A DNA stretch of 64,000 bases from Takakia lepidozioides (taxonomy: Eukaryota; Plantae; Bryophyta): NCBI GenBank assembly GCA_030704615.1, contig CM060731.1, positions 12,524,001 to 12,588,000 of the forward strand. Reading direction: 5' to 3'. The translations under genes and the position numbers were made by a program. The notes under the pieces were generated by a model. That model was not told the DNA's origin, did not search any database, and saw nothing but the letters and a program-made list of their open reading frames with translations. Below are positions 1 through 13,200 of the stretch, one piece after another; within the stretch, counting starts at the first letter, position 1; each line of letters begins with the position of its first letter.

Positions 1-1441
1 GCCCATGGTTTGGTGAAGACTGTCCATGGATCTGTTGGTAAGGAGTTTATATGCAGATTTCTTGTTTGTCGAACTTTCTGTAAGGTCCGAAAGAGATTCC
101 ATATCTAGCCCACAAGAGTGTTGGAAAGACAAGCAAGAGGCGATCATGGGCTGAAGGAGGCCCGATTGTTCATTGAAGCCTCTGAATTTCGTAGAGACGA
201 GTTCGTCCTTAGAATAATGAGTCTGGTTCGGGCATGCAGGACATTCAAAATCATCTTGCTACTGTATGCTTCTAGATAATTTGAAATGCGATAGAGTAGC
301 AAGAAGCACTTTAATGATACGATTAGTGTGGTGGAACTCGCTTGTGTGCTTCACATCACATTCATGGATGAAGGTCCACGGGCTGGGGGCCACTTCGTCC
401 ACCCCATTGACGTTTGCCCACCAGGTAGGTTGACACCCTTCAACAGCCATTACAACTGGTGGGACCTTTCCAACAGCCTCGAGGGAGAAAAAAGGGACAA
501 CAACGATTTCTAAGTTTGACCTTTTCCAAGTCCCGATTCTTTAATGAGAGAATTGTCTAGATCAAATGGTTTCGTCTTCACAGCTGACTGCATGATCATC
601 ATGACACACTGGCGCTTCTTTAACCAGGCCCAGGGGCTGGTTCGGACATGTGATCTGTGTTATTTTTGCACAGCTGCACTGTACATAGTTGCTGCCAAAT
701 GGTATCGAGCTTCCATTTCAGCTGCACATGCTTTAATCACAGCACACGTATTAAACTAGAGATCTAAGTTACAAATCCCATCATTCGACGCTCCACTTCA
801 CACATCAGGTATCAGGTAGGTAGAGTTGGACTGTCTGACATTGTTTTCTCGTATTCTCTCCTAAGCAGCCGAGTTTCAGAACTATCGAATGAGGATTGAA
901 GCAGGGAGTTACAAATTTCAAAGGGCCCCCGGATCCTGGGATTCAAGTAGGGGTGATGATGGGGAACAATTGAGCTCATTGATTAGTGCCCTGACCTTAT
1001 TGTGGACCTTGTAGCACAATCTAAACACATAACTGTTGAAGCGTACACATCTGATCCGCACAAAGGGTTTGTAGCCGAAAATTCCCACTTTGTGGACATC
1101 CAGGACAGGTCAGCAGACAGCCCTCCTCGTTTCCTTCCTCACGGGCGGTGTTATATGAGACATTGGCACAAGTCTAGGGAGATATCACCCACGTTCCGGC
1201 TGTTAAGAAAGGTTTCCTTGGGACCCACTGGACAAAATCCATTAATCTGCACGGCAGAATCAACCAAATACTGATCTAACACCACGGCCAACTGTGTGAC
1301 TTGAAACAGTCTCACAGTCACAGTTCAATGAGGCACAGATTACTGAGACTGCAGTAATTTGAGATCTAGATGCATCTTCCCAGGTGCCTTACAAAGCATA
1401 TGACTTGAGTGGACTAGTGAACACTTTTCTTCCTCGGTATT

Positions 1442-2817
1442 TCATTCATCTCCATAAACGAAAGGCTTGTATTGCAAGGGGTGGGCTGCATCGATCAATG
1501 CTGGTGGAGGCTGAATGAATGTGGTAGGGTCAGGACCGAAGAAGTAAGCCATCGACAATCTTGGCTGTGTTGCATTCACGAGACCTCTGTGCTCACACTC
1601 TTCACCCGCCCGTTACTCCATGCCTGCAACACCCAACAAACTGATTTTGATCACAATTTGCAAGTCTGCCAAGTAAGGAAAGGAAATTGGTCGGGTGAAT
1701 TATCTCAGTGGCGCCCGCTCATACGTGTGGTAGAGAGTCTTAAAGGTACCTGTAATGTGTCCCCAACGTTGACGACGAGGCAATCTCGACGGGGCCTTGT
1801 GGTCCAGGTATTGTCCTTCAAAATTTGCAGGCCAGAAACCTCATCTTGGAGCAGAATTGCGAGCACATTGTAATCTGAATGCGCGCCCAGACCAATTGTA
1901 AGGGAGGGGCTGCGGGCATGGTGGATAGTAGTTCATCCGAAACACGGATAATGAATTATTTCTCGTGGTCACGTGTTGGGAGAAAGTATCTGGGTCGAGT
2001 CCAAGCCCCCGTGCCATCAACTCCATAAATGTGTTCCGGCTGTATACTCCTGCACGGCACCGCTCCAAGGCTCTGGACATAAAACCCAAAAGTAACTCCG
2101 GGAGCATACCATATTTCTAGAAAGTTGAAATTCTACTCTCCGCTTAACAATAATGTATCCCGGATGCCTGATATAATTCTGCAGTTCTGTATAGATATAG
2201 CTCATTTGAAGAAATGTTGAAATGTCTTCTTGTATACCGAGCTAAACATATCATCGACAGACAAATAACATTACAAATCGATAGTGTGTGCGCTCACCAG
2301 AAATCTGGAACCTTGAAGTCCGATTCTCTCGGCATGATCTCTAACATGTGGACTGGGGTCACTTCCACGTTGAAAATCTCCAGTCATGCATCATCGTAAT
2401 AGGTCCGACCCTTTGGAAGACCATACCCAAAGAAATTTGTCGAGGCACTTGCGACCGCCCTCTGCTTCTGCTCAAACGGCAGCTCAAACAAGCGGTGACC
2501 CTGTGCACGCACTCGGTCCAGCACAGATAGAGGCACAATGTGGTTCATCACCTGGAAGAAACCTCACTCACTACATGCCGCAACCAACTCTCTGGCAACT
2601 CTCTCAGTTGCCTCGTCCTCAGTGAAAACCCCTGCTAGAATTCGTAACCGTCAAAAACGTCATGGGCCGCTTTGTTGGGGCGTTGTTCTTCAGGTGTCAC
2701 ATACTCGGACAGATTTTTACCTTGCAGAAGGCCTGAAATATTGACAAGCGCTTGAAAGAAGGTGGGAGTGGCAAGCAGCACGGAGGAGGGACTGGTGGGT
2801 GGGAGCTGAGCTTCCAT
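1442..2817 (-). pseudogene. 2-oxoglutarate/Fe(II)-dependent dioxygenase (DOXC class, GA-oxidase-like) pseudogene
   Basis: Spliced reading gives ACSE*GFFQVMNH, RMNYYPPCPQP, GLGAHSDYNVLAILLQDEVSGLQ, LVVNVGDTLQ|AWSNGRVKSV(E)HRGLVN and RLSMAYF, i.e. the HxD..H and RxS motifs. It is broken by two TGA stops at expected Trp codons in exon 1, a +1 frameshift near 1906 and a -1 frameshift near 1595. Confidence 0.9.
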
Positions 2818-4153
2818 CAGATCAGCCAATTTACGATCAGTAGGGAACACACACAGCACCCACAACAGTTCAGATCTGCGATGCGTTTGCAGCTCGTGAA
2901 GCGACTTTTTCTACACAGTGGAGATATTTCTCCTTCCTCGACTGGCTCTTGGGTATATGGGGATTGCAGCGCTTAGAGCATACTAGGCTAGGTGGGGAGG
3001 ATCGAGGATCTGTCACAGACGATGTCAGTTCCAAATCCAGTCACACGATTAATACCTAGAAGCATCGTCACCTTCACATCCAAACTGCACACTACATCCA
3101 GGGACTCCGATTAAATTCCGCATACGTAGTGGGCCTGAGTTGTGGGCTGTCGCTCCCAAGCTCTGGACAAGAAGACCGAGGCCTGCTCATCAAATCTTGC
3201 AGACCGATTGAACCCACGTGTACATCAAGGTCGGAGACTAGTTTAGCGTAGAGCAGGAATAGGGTGCCATAGTGTCACGTCATTTTTGCCACGTCGTCGT
3301 CGTCAGCCATGTCATCGTCGTTTAAGAACATGCTCGGACTGCCCGAAAATAACCGGGAGAGAGAGCATGGTGGATGCTGCACAATCTTTTTTCATTTCTA
3401 AATGGGGACTGGCTGCAGTCTGAGGATTCCAGCTCTACAATCCACTCCCAGAACCAAATTGGCCAAGGAGATATTCAATTCCCAGATACCCCACTTTGAA
3501 TGAATCGGATGCAACGAACACCGGTGCAACTGGCAACATTCTCGCTTACAGATGTGCAGTTGAATAAGAGTCCAGGAGGCTGTTGAATCTATGTTCGTGT
3601 ACAGAAAACAAGATTAGCAATTTCCTGACTAGTCCACTTGCGGCGCTTGTCCCACTTGGTTCCCTAGATCAACTGGAGGATTGGAAGGTTTGTGCGAGGA
3701 GATTTGACATGTTCATCATACATTAATTTGACAGATATGGCCTCCAAACAAGTTCTTCTTCAAGAATATTGCGGGATCGGCATTGCACAGCAGGCTAGAA
3801 GATGCGATTTCCTAGGTTGGTATTTGGTACGCCCTCTTGATCATCTCATTGCTAATGTGCCTATTTACCAAATGCTTGAACCACCCTTCACATCTGCTGA
3901 CCTTTAAACCCTAGAGATCTAGGGAGTAAGAGAGGGTCATCAGATGTTGCTTGCCATGCGCTTGGGACTATATACCCTAAGCCCGGTTTAGACAGAGCAG
4001 GGAGACAGACAATGGTCTGTAGTGCCAAGGGTCCAACTGGTGGCACCGAAAATTAACTGCTGCTAACGATTGTTGACTTTACCTGCTCTAAGCTTTCCTA
4101 GAAATTATGAGAGTTCCAAATGTTTGAAATAATTATTCATTGTAACTGTGTCG

Positions 4154-5155
4154 TTATTGGCACTGAGATCTCGATTTCTTCAGTCCCCAGGAAGACTTCC
4201 CTCTGACAATCTCAGAACCTGCCTCCAATCGCAGCAAGTGTGTAAACTCGAAGGGCTCATCATACCACCAACTTGGATTACTGGTGAATACAGCCAGCAA
4301 AGCTCTCTCTGCACTTGAAAATGTCCAGGATTCAGTTGGATTTGTTTCCGATTCAGAGTCAGCTTGGCTTTCGTTTTCAGATTGCTTTACATGAGGGACA
4401 GGTGTGTCGTCGGGGCTTGTCAGAGACTGGACAACATCTGATGCCCCACATTTGCCCCGGTATTGCAGAGTTATAGTAGACAGTTCATGAGACTCCAGCA
4501 CGGCTGGGGGCACAGTCTGCACATAGAAAACAACAGTTGTACAGTCAAATCACCATTTTCTCACCATTCATATGAGTGATTGATCAGCTTTAAAGCCAGG
4601 GCAATACTAATGTATCCAGTCTGAATTTGACTTCCATCATCCAACCAATGTACTTGACATTGTTAACGTGTTGATTCATGTCCAAGTACCGCGGCTGCAA
4701 TTTGCAAGAGGGAGCAATATCCACTGTTGGGTAGCCAGGACATTCACAGGTCCGAGCTCTCATGATCAGCTGTCTTGGGCTTACATTGATCGTGTTCATT
4801 AGACAGTTGCAATTTATATAATGTCTTTTCCAGTGTATATGTGAGCTTTGGGACATCATTGATCATAGACGTTAAGTGTTGTCCAAGTCCAATTGTTCCT
4901 TAAAGTACCTAGCTGTACGAAGCTAATGTATAGATCTAATTGGAATTACTGTCCAAGACAAGGGAACTTTGATCCTTTTTCTCCGTGCCGAGGTCTGACT
5001 GTATGTGGTCTGCAGAATGATCAAGTTTTGATATGTTTGTTGAGATCTCATTGGGGATCGCATAGCATTCAAGGAAGAAAGGAGAAACCTCTGCTCTAAC
5101 TTCATAGGGCATCTTAGATAGCTTCAGTGTTTTTTCGTACATCATCGCCCATGTG
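4154..5155 (-). pseudogene. 5'-truncated acyl-ACP thioesterase paralogue (last three exons only)
   Basis: Exon-like blocks TWAMMYEKTLKLSKMPYEVRAEVSPFF (from 5155), PRYLDMNQHVNNVKYIGWMME (~4633-4695) and TVPPAVLESHELSTITLQYRGKC...THLLRLEAGSEIVRGKSSW*. The donor after SDL is damaged, residues are missing before DMNQH, and no upstream FAT exons were found (the PPR gene 3' end is ~220 bp away). Confidence 0.8.
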
Positions 5156-5377
5156 CTGCAGAATCAGGAGGCAACACCCAAAGTTAATCCAGGCTTCCTT
5201 TGCCTGGTAAAAGCAGCCTGCCTAAAATCCAACATCATATAGTTGATTAGTTACCCTTGTGCAGTTTGGCTCAAGATTGTAAGCGGCTCAAATTTATATG
5301 GAATCACTGTCTCATGAATATATGTTTCACATGTACTATACACAACCGACACACACCTTCCTAGAAATAATGTCATT

Positions 5378-7874
5378 TCACCAATAATCCCCACAAGAAC
5401 AAACTCCATCTTCAAAGTGGTGAAAGCGGTTAGTATCTCGTACAGCAATGGCACGCCCAACAATCCTTGAGATGAACTTGGTGGCGGTGTGGCAGTCACC
5501 ACACACCCGAAGATTCTTGATGATGCGGAGAGGTGTCCCAGGGGCTGTGCTGATCAGCCCAAAACCAATGGCCAGCTTCTCACTGTGGTGGCACAGAGAA
5601 AATTCCTTTTGCTCCTCCTCCACATCATGCAATACAAAGCGCGTGTCAGGCACATACCCTGCCTCCTTCATCTGCCCAGACAATCTTCTCAGCTCAGCAT
5701 GGATTTCCTCAATTCCTGGATGCAATTTGTCGTCTACAACAAAGCTGTGCACCCTGTCGCCAACTTCAATGCAGCTGCGACCTGGCTCCTTTCTAACCCC
5801 CCTGAAATTCATCATTTTTCTCACCTTTGCAGTCTCATCCCACCTGCCAGCTGCGGCATAGATATTGGATAGCAACACATAAGTTGCGGCATCCTGTTCG
5901 TCCCACTCGAGAATAGCTGTTGCTGCACGTTCTGCCATCTCCACATCGCAATGAATTCTGCAGGCGCCAAGCAAGGCCCTCCACACCACAGCATTAGGTT
6001 TCATTGGCATTCTGTTAATCAAGTCCTCTGCCTCAACTAATTGTCCCGCACGGCCAAGAAGGTCCACCATGCAGCCAAAGTGCTCCATTGCTGGAGTGAT
6101 GCCATGATCTTGACTCAGGGAGTTGAAGTAGAATCTGCCTTCATCCACTAGGCCAGCATGGCTACATGCAGAGAGTACACATGTAAACGTGGTACTGTTC
6201 AGCTTGAAGCCTTTCATTTGCATTTCATGAGAGAGTTGCAGGGCCTCCATATCACAACCATGCTGGGCATATCCTGAGATCATCGCGGTCCACGACACCA
6301 CATCCCGTTGTGCCATATTGTCAAACACTGCCTCTGCATCCTTGAGGCTCCCGCATTTGGCATACATGTCGACCAGGGTATTGTTCAGACTTACATCTGG
6401 TACAATTCCAGATGTTATAATGTCACAATGGACCTCTTTGCCCTTATCCAGGGCTGCCAGGCTTGCACACGCATTGCAAACGCAAATGAATGTGACCCGG
6501 TTAGGCTTCACCCCTACCCGCACCATTTGCGCATAGGTTTCCAAAGCCTCCAGCCCGTACCCACGCTGGGCATATCCTGCGATCATCGCATTCCAGGACA
6601 CCACATTTTTCTCATCCATATTGTCGAACACTCCCTTTGCATCTTCGATGCTGCAGCATTTCGCATACATGTCCACGAGGGCAGTGTTCAGGATGACATC
6701 TGGTACAATTGCAGCTTTGATGATGTCACGATGGACCTCTTTGCCCTTTTCAAGGGCTGCCAGGCTCGCACACGCATTACAAATGCAAACAAACGTGATG
6801 TTGTTGGGCTTCATCCCTTCCTGCATCATTTGCTCATAGGTCTCCAAAGCCTCCATCCCACACCCATGCTGTGCATATCCTGCAATCATAGCACTCCAAG
6901 ACACTACGTTTTGTTCAGCCATTTTGTCAAACACTCCCTTTGCATCTTTCATGCTGCCGCATTTGGCATACATGTCCACAAGAGCAGTGTTGAGAATGAC
7001 ATCTGGGACAATTCCAGCTTTGATGATGTCACTATGGACCTCTTTGCCTTTTTCCAGGGCTCCCAGGCTTGCACACGCATTGCAAACACAAACAAATGTG
7101 ACCCGGTTTGGCTTCCACCCTTCCCGCATCATTTGGACATATGTCTCCAAAGCTTTCTTACCACAACCATGCTTGGTAAATCCTGCCATCATTATATTCC
7201 ACGTGATCAAACTTCGTTCTGGCATTTTGTTGAACACTTGGTATGCATCCACGATGCTCCCACATTTGACATACATGTTCACAAGGGTGTTGTGTAGAAA
7301 AATGTTTGGCTTGAATCCACTTCGGATCATGTGAGAGTGCACCTGCTTGCCGGCTTCCAGTCCTTTCATCTCGATGCACGTACGCAAGAGACAGACACAA
7401 GTATGTGAATCTGCTGAGATTCCTCCTCGGTTCAAAATCTGGAGAGCCTCTTTCAGTTGCCCCACCTCACATAGCCTCCTCACATGCCCAGAAGTGCTAG
7501 AAGAGGTAGTGTGGACACCCACTTTTGGTCCCCTCTGGGAAGCTGTGGTCATGGTGTAGGTGCCTGATTTTATGAACTGTGCCGCTGCTGCTGCTTCCAA
7601 TTCACCACCGACCCATGCAGATATGTTGTGGCTATCAATCCACAGGGAAAGACCATCAACCCAAAGGACCTCTTGCGTGCGCTGCTTGTGTCTGTACTCG
7701 GGTGATCTCGGATTGGTCTGGGAGGACCACCACGGTGCAGCTGAGCACCCATAGATAGACAATACGATCATACCAGAGTTCTGCCTCGGACTCCTTTCAT
7801 GTCCTATGTACATGAAGAAAGCTCGCCTTGTCAATGCTACTGTCCCACCATTGTGAAAGTGGAGTTCTTAACAT
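5378..7874 (-). CDS. PLS-class PPR protein with E1-E2-DYW deaminase domain (14 PPR motifs) and an N-terminal hybrid OSB-type PDF motif; 5' end uncertain
   Basis: Open frame 7717-5378: L-S-(PLS)3-P2L2S2-E1-E2, then PGRSCIEV..HSEKLA..CGDCH..CSCGDYW. The frame opens with TNPRSPEYRHKQRTQEVLWVDG-SLWIDSHNISAWV. Possible upstream mini-exon 7874-7827 (MLRTPLSQWWDSSIDK, GC donor). Alternative start ATG at 7552 (MTTASQ). Confidence 0.9.
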
Positions 7875-8587
7875 ACATGTTGACGAGGGTGTTGTGTAGA
7901 AAAACGTCTGGCTTGAATCCACTTTGGATAATGTGAGCACCCACCTGCTTTCCAGCCTGCAGGCCTTCATCTTGATGGTACTTATGCAAGAGACAGACAT
8001 AAGTATCTGAATTTGCTGAAATGCCTCCTAGGTATAAAGTCTGTAGAGCCTCTTTCAGTCAGCCTGCCTCACATAGCATCCTCACATGCCCAGAAGTGGC
8101 ATTGTGGACTCCCTGGGTCCCTTTTCAGAAGTTGTGGTCATGGTAGAGGTGTCTAATTCTATCAAATGTGCTGCTGCTTCCAGTTGACCATCTACCCATG
8201 CAGGTTTCTTGTGTATCGATCCACAGGGAATCATAGATAATCTTGTGCTTGAAATCTGGCCCCTTGGGTGAATCTGGACCCACACTCTATCCTTGTCTTG
8301 CTGCTAGCAGCTGATAATGACAGCCTACACTTGTTCTAGCAAACACCCCAACCCTACTCATCACACACTAGTTCATATGCGGAATTGTTTTGAAGACTTG
8401 AAAAATGTATTGGGAGAGAAAGGATGACGATTTCCAGGAAAGCTGTGCATTGCATCTTGTTGTCTGCTTATCTCTCTAATCTAACGGGCACTCACCTTTT
8501 TGCCTCGATTTTCAGCACTGACTGGGGTCGGAAAAATATTCATTCAAGAGCTTGTCCTCGTCTCTGTTAGCTGTTTTTGATACGTTC
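7868..8587 (-). pseudogene. Decayed 5' part of a third PDF-PPR gene copy
   Basis: Exon NRDEDKLLNEYFSDPSQC*..NRGKK|GT (8587-~8496), an intron, then IHPR-PDFKHKIIYDSLWID..KKPAWVDGQLEAAA..GHVRMLCEAG*LKEAL..NTLVNMYVK, with stops and frameshifts. Colinear with 10788-11560 on the + strand and truncated in the first S motif. Confidence 0.85.
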
Positions 8588-9079
8588 CTGCTCCACATTG
8601 GCAGTAGCATGTGAAATTCACTACAAACAACAGAAAGATACGAATTTGAGACAACCAATTCTATTGGAGTTGCCATTGCTTTATCTAGATTGGCAACGGG
8701 AAATAGTTTGGAGATGGTACGAGAAGTGTCCGGTGCTGAAGCAATTACAACATCTAGCATTGTGAGGGAGTTTTGCAGGTGGTGAAGGAAACCCTCTAAC
8801 TAGTTTGCATGCGTGCAGCAACTATCGGTGGATTGAAGACAATGGGAGGGGACTTGGGGACTTTGAGACGGGGCTTGCGTTCCAAAAGTCATGGAATGAT
8901 TGAAATCTGTTGATCAAACTCTTGGAATCGTATTATTGCTCCACAACTAGGTCAAGTCTTGCAAAGAGTATTTTACGTGATTCGAGATTCCATAGCCCGG
9001 GAATCGATGTGAATAATGCTGACACTCCCGATCAAGGTACAAGGCAAGCAGAGATCACTTCCTCGGCGACAGTGAGGAG

Positions 9080-10279
9080 ATGACACACAGCTACATTGCC
9101 GTGGCAGCCAGCCCCTCCTTTAAGGTGACGTTGAATTCATCTTCTGCCTCTTTCTCACCCACCGGCGGGGATGGAAGCCTCGTCCGGCGTTCCGCTGACT
9201 GCGCATGCCGATTTCATACCCAAGGCCCTGTACTCTCGTTTCGGTCATGGGAGAGGCCTCGCGTCATGCATCAGATTAAGGGGCTGGGCTGTGGAGCTGA
9301 AAGCGGCATCCCCAATGACAGAGGACGGACTCCCTTGCATGTGCTTGCTCTGGTGCCTAGCCAACCTTCAGGGATGCCTTTCAAATTAGGTGATAACTCG
9401 AGACACATTGCTGTTTCCTTTCTTGGGCTCTTCGTGTTGTATGCACCGTAGGATCCAGGCTTGGAATTGTCTATTGAGCAATTCAGCACAAACGAATGCA
9501 GTATAGGCAAAAAAAAGGAACACGAGATAGTCAGCCAAGGCCGATAGTTGCATATCTGGCACGTAGGTCCTTCACAATGGTTGGACTGCAGCTTTGACGA
9601 GGTGAGAATTTTTCATGAATGATGTGAAAGGAGTGTGAGGGAGTTTGACTGAGCTCTGGTATGACAATGTTGTGTGGACTGATTGTAGCGCTGGTTGTTG
9701 AGTGAAGTTCGAATCTCCCTTTGCTCTGCTTTTAAGGTCAGTACGGTAGGTTTTTCTTCCTAATGCAGGGCATGAAAGTAGGATGCGCAAGGTAGTTTAC
9801 AAGGTAATTGGGAGGGTTGAGACTGTGGGTGCTCAGCTGCTCCCTGGTGGTTTTACAGATCAGTCCAAATCTTCAGACTACAGACATAACCAGTTAACAC
9901 AAGAGGGCTTGTGGAGCGAGGGTTGGTTCAACCCTCCTTTGGTGAAAGGAAAACTAATTGCCATGCCACATGATCGAGAACAGTATGGTGAGGGTGGGAA
10001 GATATCAGAGTGCTGTTCTCATTCTGGTGTAGATGGTGGTGCTCGTTGGAAGCTTGCAGATGAGAGAGAGTATGACCCAAGCAAACTAATATTTTATACA
10101 TCTTTTCCAAGGGCCTCAAAAATGAACTTAGGACTGATGTTCGTATGTTCCTCATTGTGTAGAGTCCCACAGTGACTTGCATGAATGTTGGTGAAAGCTA
10201 TACTAGCATTCCTCCATAAAGGAACCTGTCCAAGTGTTGATACTGTCAGAGTTTCGGGCACGAAGGTCTACCGTGGAGC
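9080..10279 (+). pseudogene. Degenerate upstream exons of the PDF-PPR-DYW gene (candidate transit-peptide exon plus first PDF motif)
   Basis: ATG 9080 opens a Ser/Arg-rich, acid-poor frame. An exon ending PSQWLDCSFDE|GT at 9601 has an in-frame TAG near 9545. Exon 9859-9987 reads ISP-SSDYRHNQLTQEGLWSEGWFNPPLVKGKL with a 1-bp deletion and is homologous to exon 10516-10648. The next acceptor is at 10250. Confidence 0.6.
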
Positions 10280-13200
10280 ATGGAGCAGTGCTGGCACGAG
10301 TATTTTAAAGATCCTTCACAATGGTGGGACAACAACAATGGCAAGGTGTGCCTTTCTTAATGTATGACGTGAATAAGGTTGCCCATTTTGCAAAAGTGGG
10401 CTCTTCTTCAATTTCATGATGTGTTCTTTTTCCTAGGTACTTCCGAGGGTTAGCTTTGTCAGGAGGCCGTGCTTAAACCTATGGCTGCTCAGCTGCACTG
10501 TGGTGGTTCTCACAGACCAAGCCGAGATCACCTGACTACAGACATAAGCAGCGCACACAAGAGGTCCTTTCGGTTGATGGTTGGTTGAATCCTCCTTGGG
10601 TGAAAGAAAAGCTAGCTGCTTTCATGACACAAGGTCAAGGACAACGTGGTGAGGGCACCTTCGTCAACACACTTTGACCTGATTTGTCCTCATATAGCAG
10701 TTGTCCCTAATTTTTTCAAGTTGAACTCTGCCAGTTAGCTTGTCGGTTTGGAGTTAGTTTGACATGCTATTGCAATTGTGGCAACAGGCAAAGGTCCAAA
10801 AACTGAAAACAGAGATGAGGAGAAGCTCTGGAAGGAATATTTTTCGGACCCCAGTCAATGGTGGGACAATCGAGACAAAAAGGTGAATGCCTGTTAAATT
10901 ACAGAGAGAAGCAGACAAAGCCTCAAAAAGCTTTCTTGCAATTTGTCATATTCCCTCTCTCCCCAGTACATTTGGAAGGTCTTTGGAGCAAAGGAAATAG
11001 TGTGATATAAGTAGCATTGGGGTGTTTGCTTGAAATATTTAGGTTGTCATTGTCAGCTGGCAAGCAGCAAGGGAACGATCTATGCACTGGCAGGGATAGC
11101 TGAGGGAGCAGGATGGAGTGTGGGTCCAGATTTATCCGAGACGACTGGATTTCAAGCACAAGAGTACCTATGAGTCCCTGTGGATTGATAGCTACAAGAA
11201 ACCTGCATGGGTAGATGGTCAGCTTGAAGCAGCGGTGGTGGCGGCACAGTCGATAAAATCAGGCATCTCCACGATGACCACAGCTTCCAAAAGAAGTCCA
11301 AGACAGGCAGTCCACAATACCTCTTCTGCCACTTCTGGGCATGTGAGGACGCTATGTGAGGCAGGGCAACTGAAAGAGGCTCTCCAGATGTTGAACCATG
11401 GAGGCATTTCAGCGGATTCAGATACTTATGTCTGTCTCTTGCGTAAGTGCATCAAGATGAAAGGCCTGGAAGCCGGAAAACAGGTGCATTCTCACATTAT
11501 CCAAAGTGGATTTAAGCCAAACGTTTTTCTACACAACACCCTTGTGAACATGTATGTTAAATGTGGGAGCGTTGTGGATGCACACCAAGTATTCAACAAG
11601 ATGCCTGGACGAGGTTTGATCACGTGGAATATTATGATTGCAGGATTTACCAAGCATGGGTGTGGAAAGAATGCTTTGGAGACATATGATCAAATGATGC
11701 GGGAAGGGCTGAAGCCCAACCACATCACATTTGTGTGCATTTGCAATGCGTGTGCAAGTCTGGCAGCCCTCAAAAAGGGCAAAGAGGTCCATGGTGACAT
11801 CATCAAAGCTGGAATTGTACCAGATGTCATTCTTAATACTGCCCTGGTGGACATGTATGCCAAATGCGGCAGCATCAAAGATGCAAAGGGAGTGTTCGAC
11901 AATATGGCTGAGCAAAATGTGGTGTCCTGGACTGCCATGATTGCAGGATATGTGCAGCATGGGTGTGGGATGGAGGCTTTGGAGGCCTATGTGCAAATGA
12001 TGCGGGAAGGGGTGAAGCCCAACCACATCACGTTTGTTTGCGTTTGTAATGCATGTGCAAGCCTTGTAGCTCTAGAGAAGGGCGAAGAGGTCCATAGTGA
12101 CATCATCAAAGCGGGAATTGTACCAGATGTCATTCTGAACACTGCCCTTCTGGACATGTATGCCAAATGCGGTAGCATCAAAGATGCAAAGGGGGTGTTT
12201 GACAATATGGCTGAGAAAAATGTGGTGTCCTGGAGTGCTATGATATCAGGATATGCGCAGCATGGGTGCGGGACGGAGGCGTTGGAGGCCTACGAGCAAA
12301 TGTTGCAGGAAGGGATGAAGCCAGACCGGGTCACGTTTGTTTCCGTTTCTAAAGTGTGTGCGAGCCTCGCAGCCCTGGAAAAGGGCAAAGAGGTCCATGG
12401 TGACATCACCACAGCTGGAGTTGTACCAGATGTCATTCTGAACACTGCCCTCGTGGACATGTATGCCAAATGCGGCAGCATTGACGATGCCAAGGGAGTG
12501 TTTGACAATATGGCTGAGCGAGATGTGGTGACCTGGAACGTGATGATCACAGGATATGCCCAGCATGGGTGCAGGATGGAGGCTTTGGAGACCTATGACC
12601 AAATGATGCGGGAACTGGTGAAGCCCAACCAGGTCACATTTGTTTGTGTTTGCAATGTGTGTGCAAGCCTGGCAGTCCTGGAAAAGGGCAAAGACGTCCA
12701 TAATGACATCATCCAAGCTGGAATTGTACCAGATGTCATTCTGAGCACGGCCCTGGTGGACATGTATGCCAAATGCGGCAGCATTGAGGATGCAAAGGGA
12801 GTGTTTGACAATATGGCTGAACGAGATGTGGTGTCCTGGAACGCGATGATTGCAGGATATGTCCATCAAGGGTGTCGGATGGAGGCTTTGGAGACCTATG
12901 ACCAAATGATGCGGGAAGGGGTGAAGCCCAACCGGGTCACATTTGTTTGTGTTTGCAATGCGTGTGCGAGCCTGGCAGCTCTGGAGAAGGGCAAAGAGGT
13001 CCATGGGGACATCATCAAAGCTGGAATTGTACCAGATACCATTCTGAACAATACACTTGTGGACATGTATGGCAAAGGCGGGAGCATTGAAGATGCAAAG
13101 GCAGTGTTTGATAGTATGGCTGAACGAGATGTGGTGTCCTGGACTGCGATGATCGCAGGATATGCCCAGCATGGGTGCGGGATGGAGGCTTTGGAGACCT

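Noticed and set aside
3060-3910. Possible LINE 3' relic (similar hints at ~20900-23900)
   Set aside because: Only faint coding-like texture; no motif could be read confidently.
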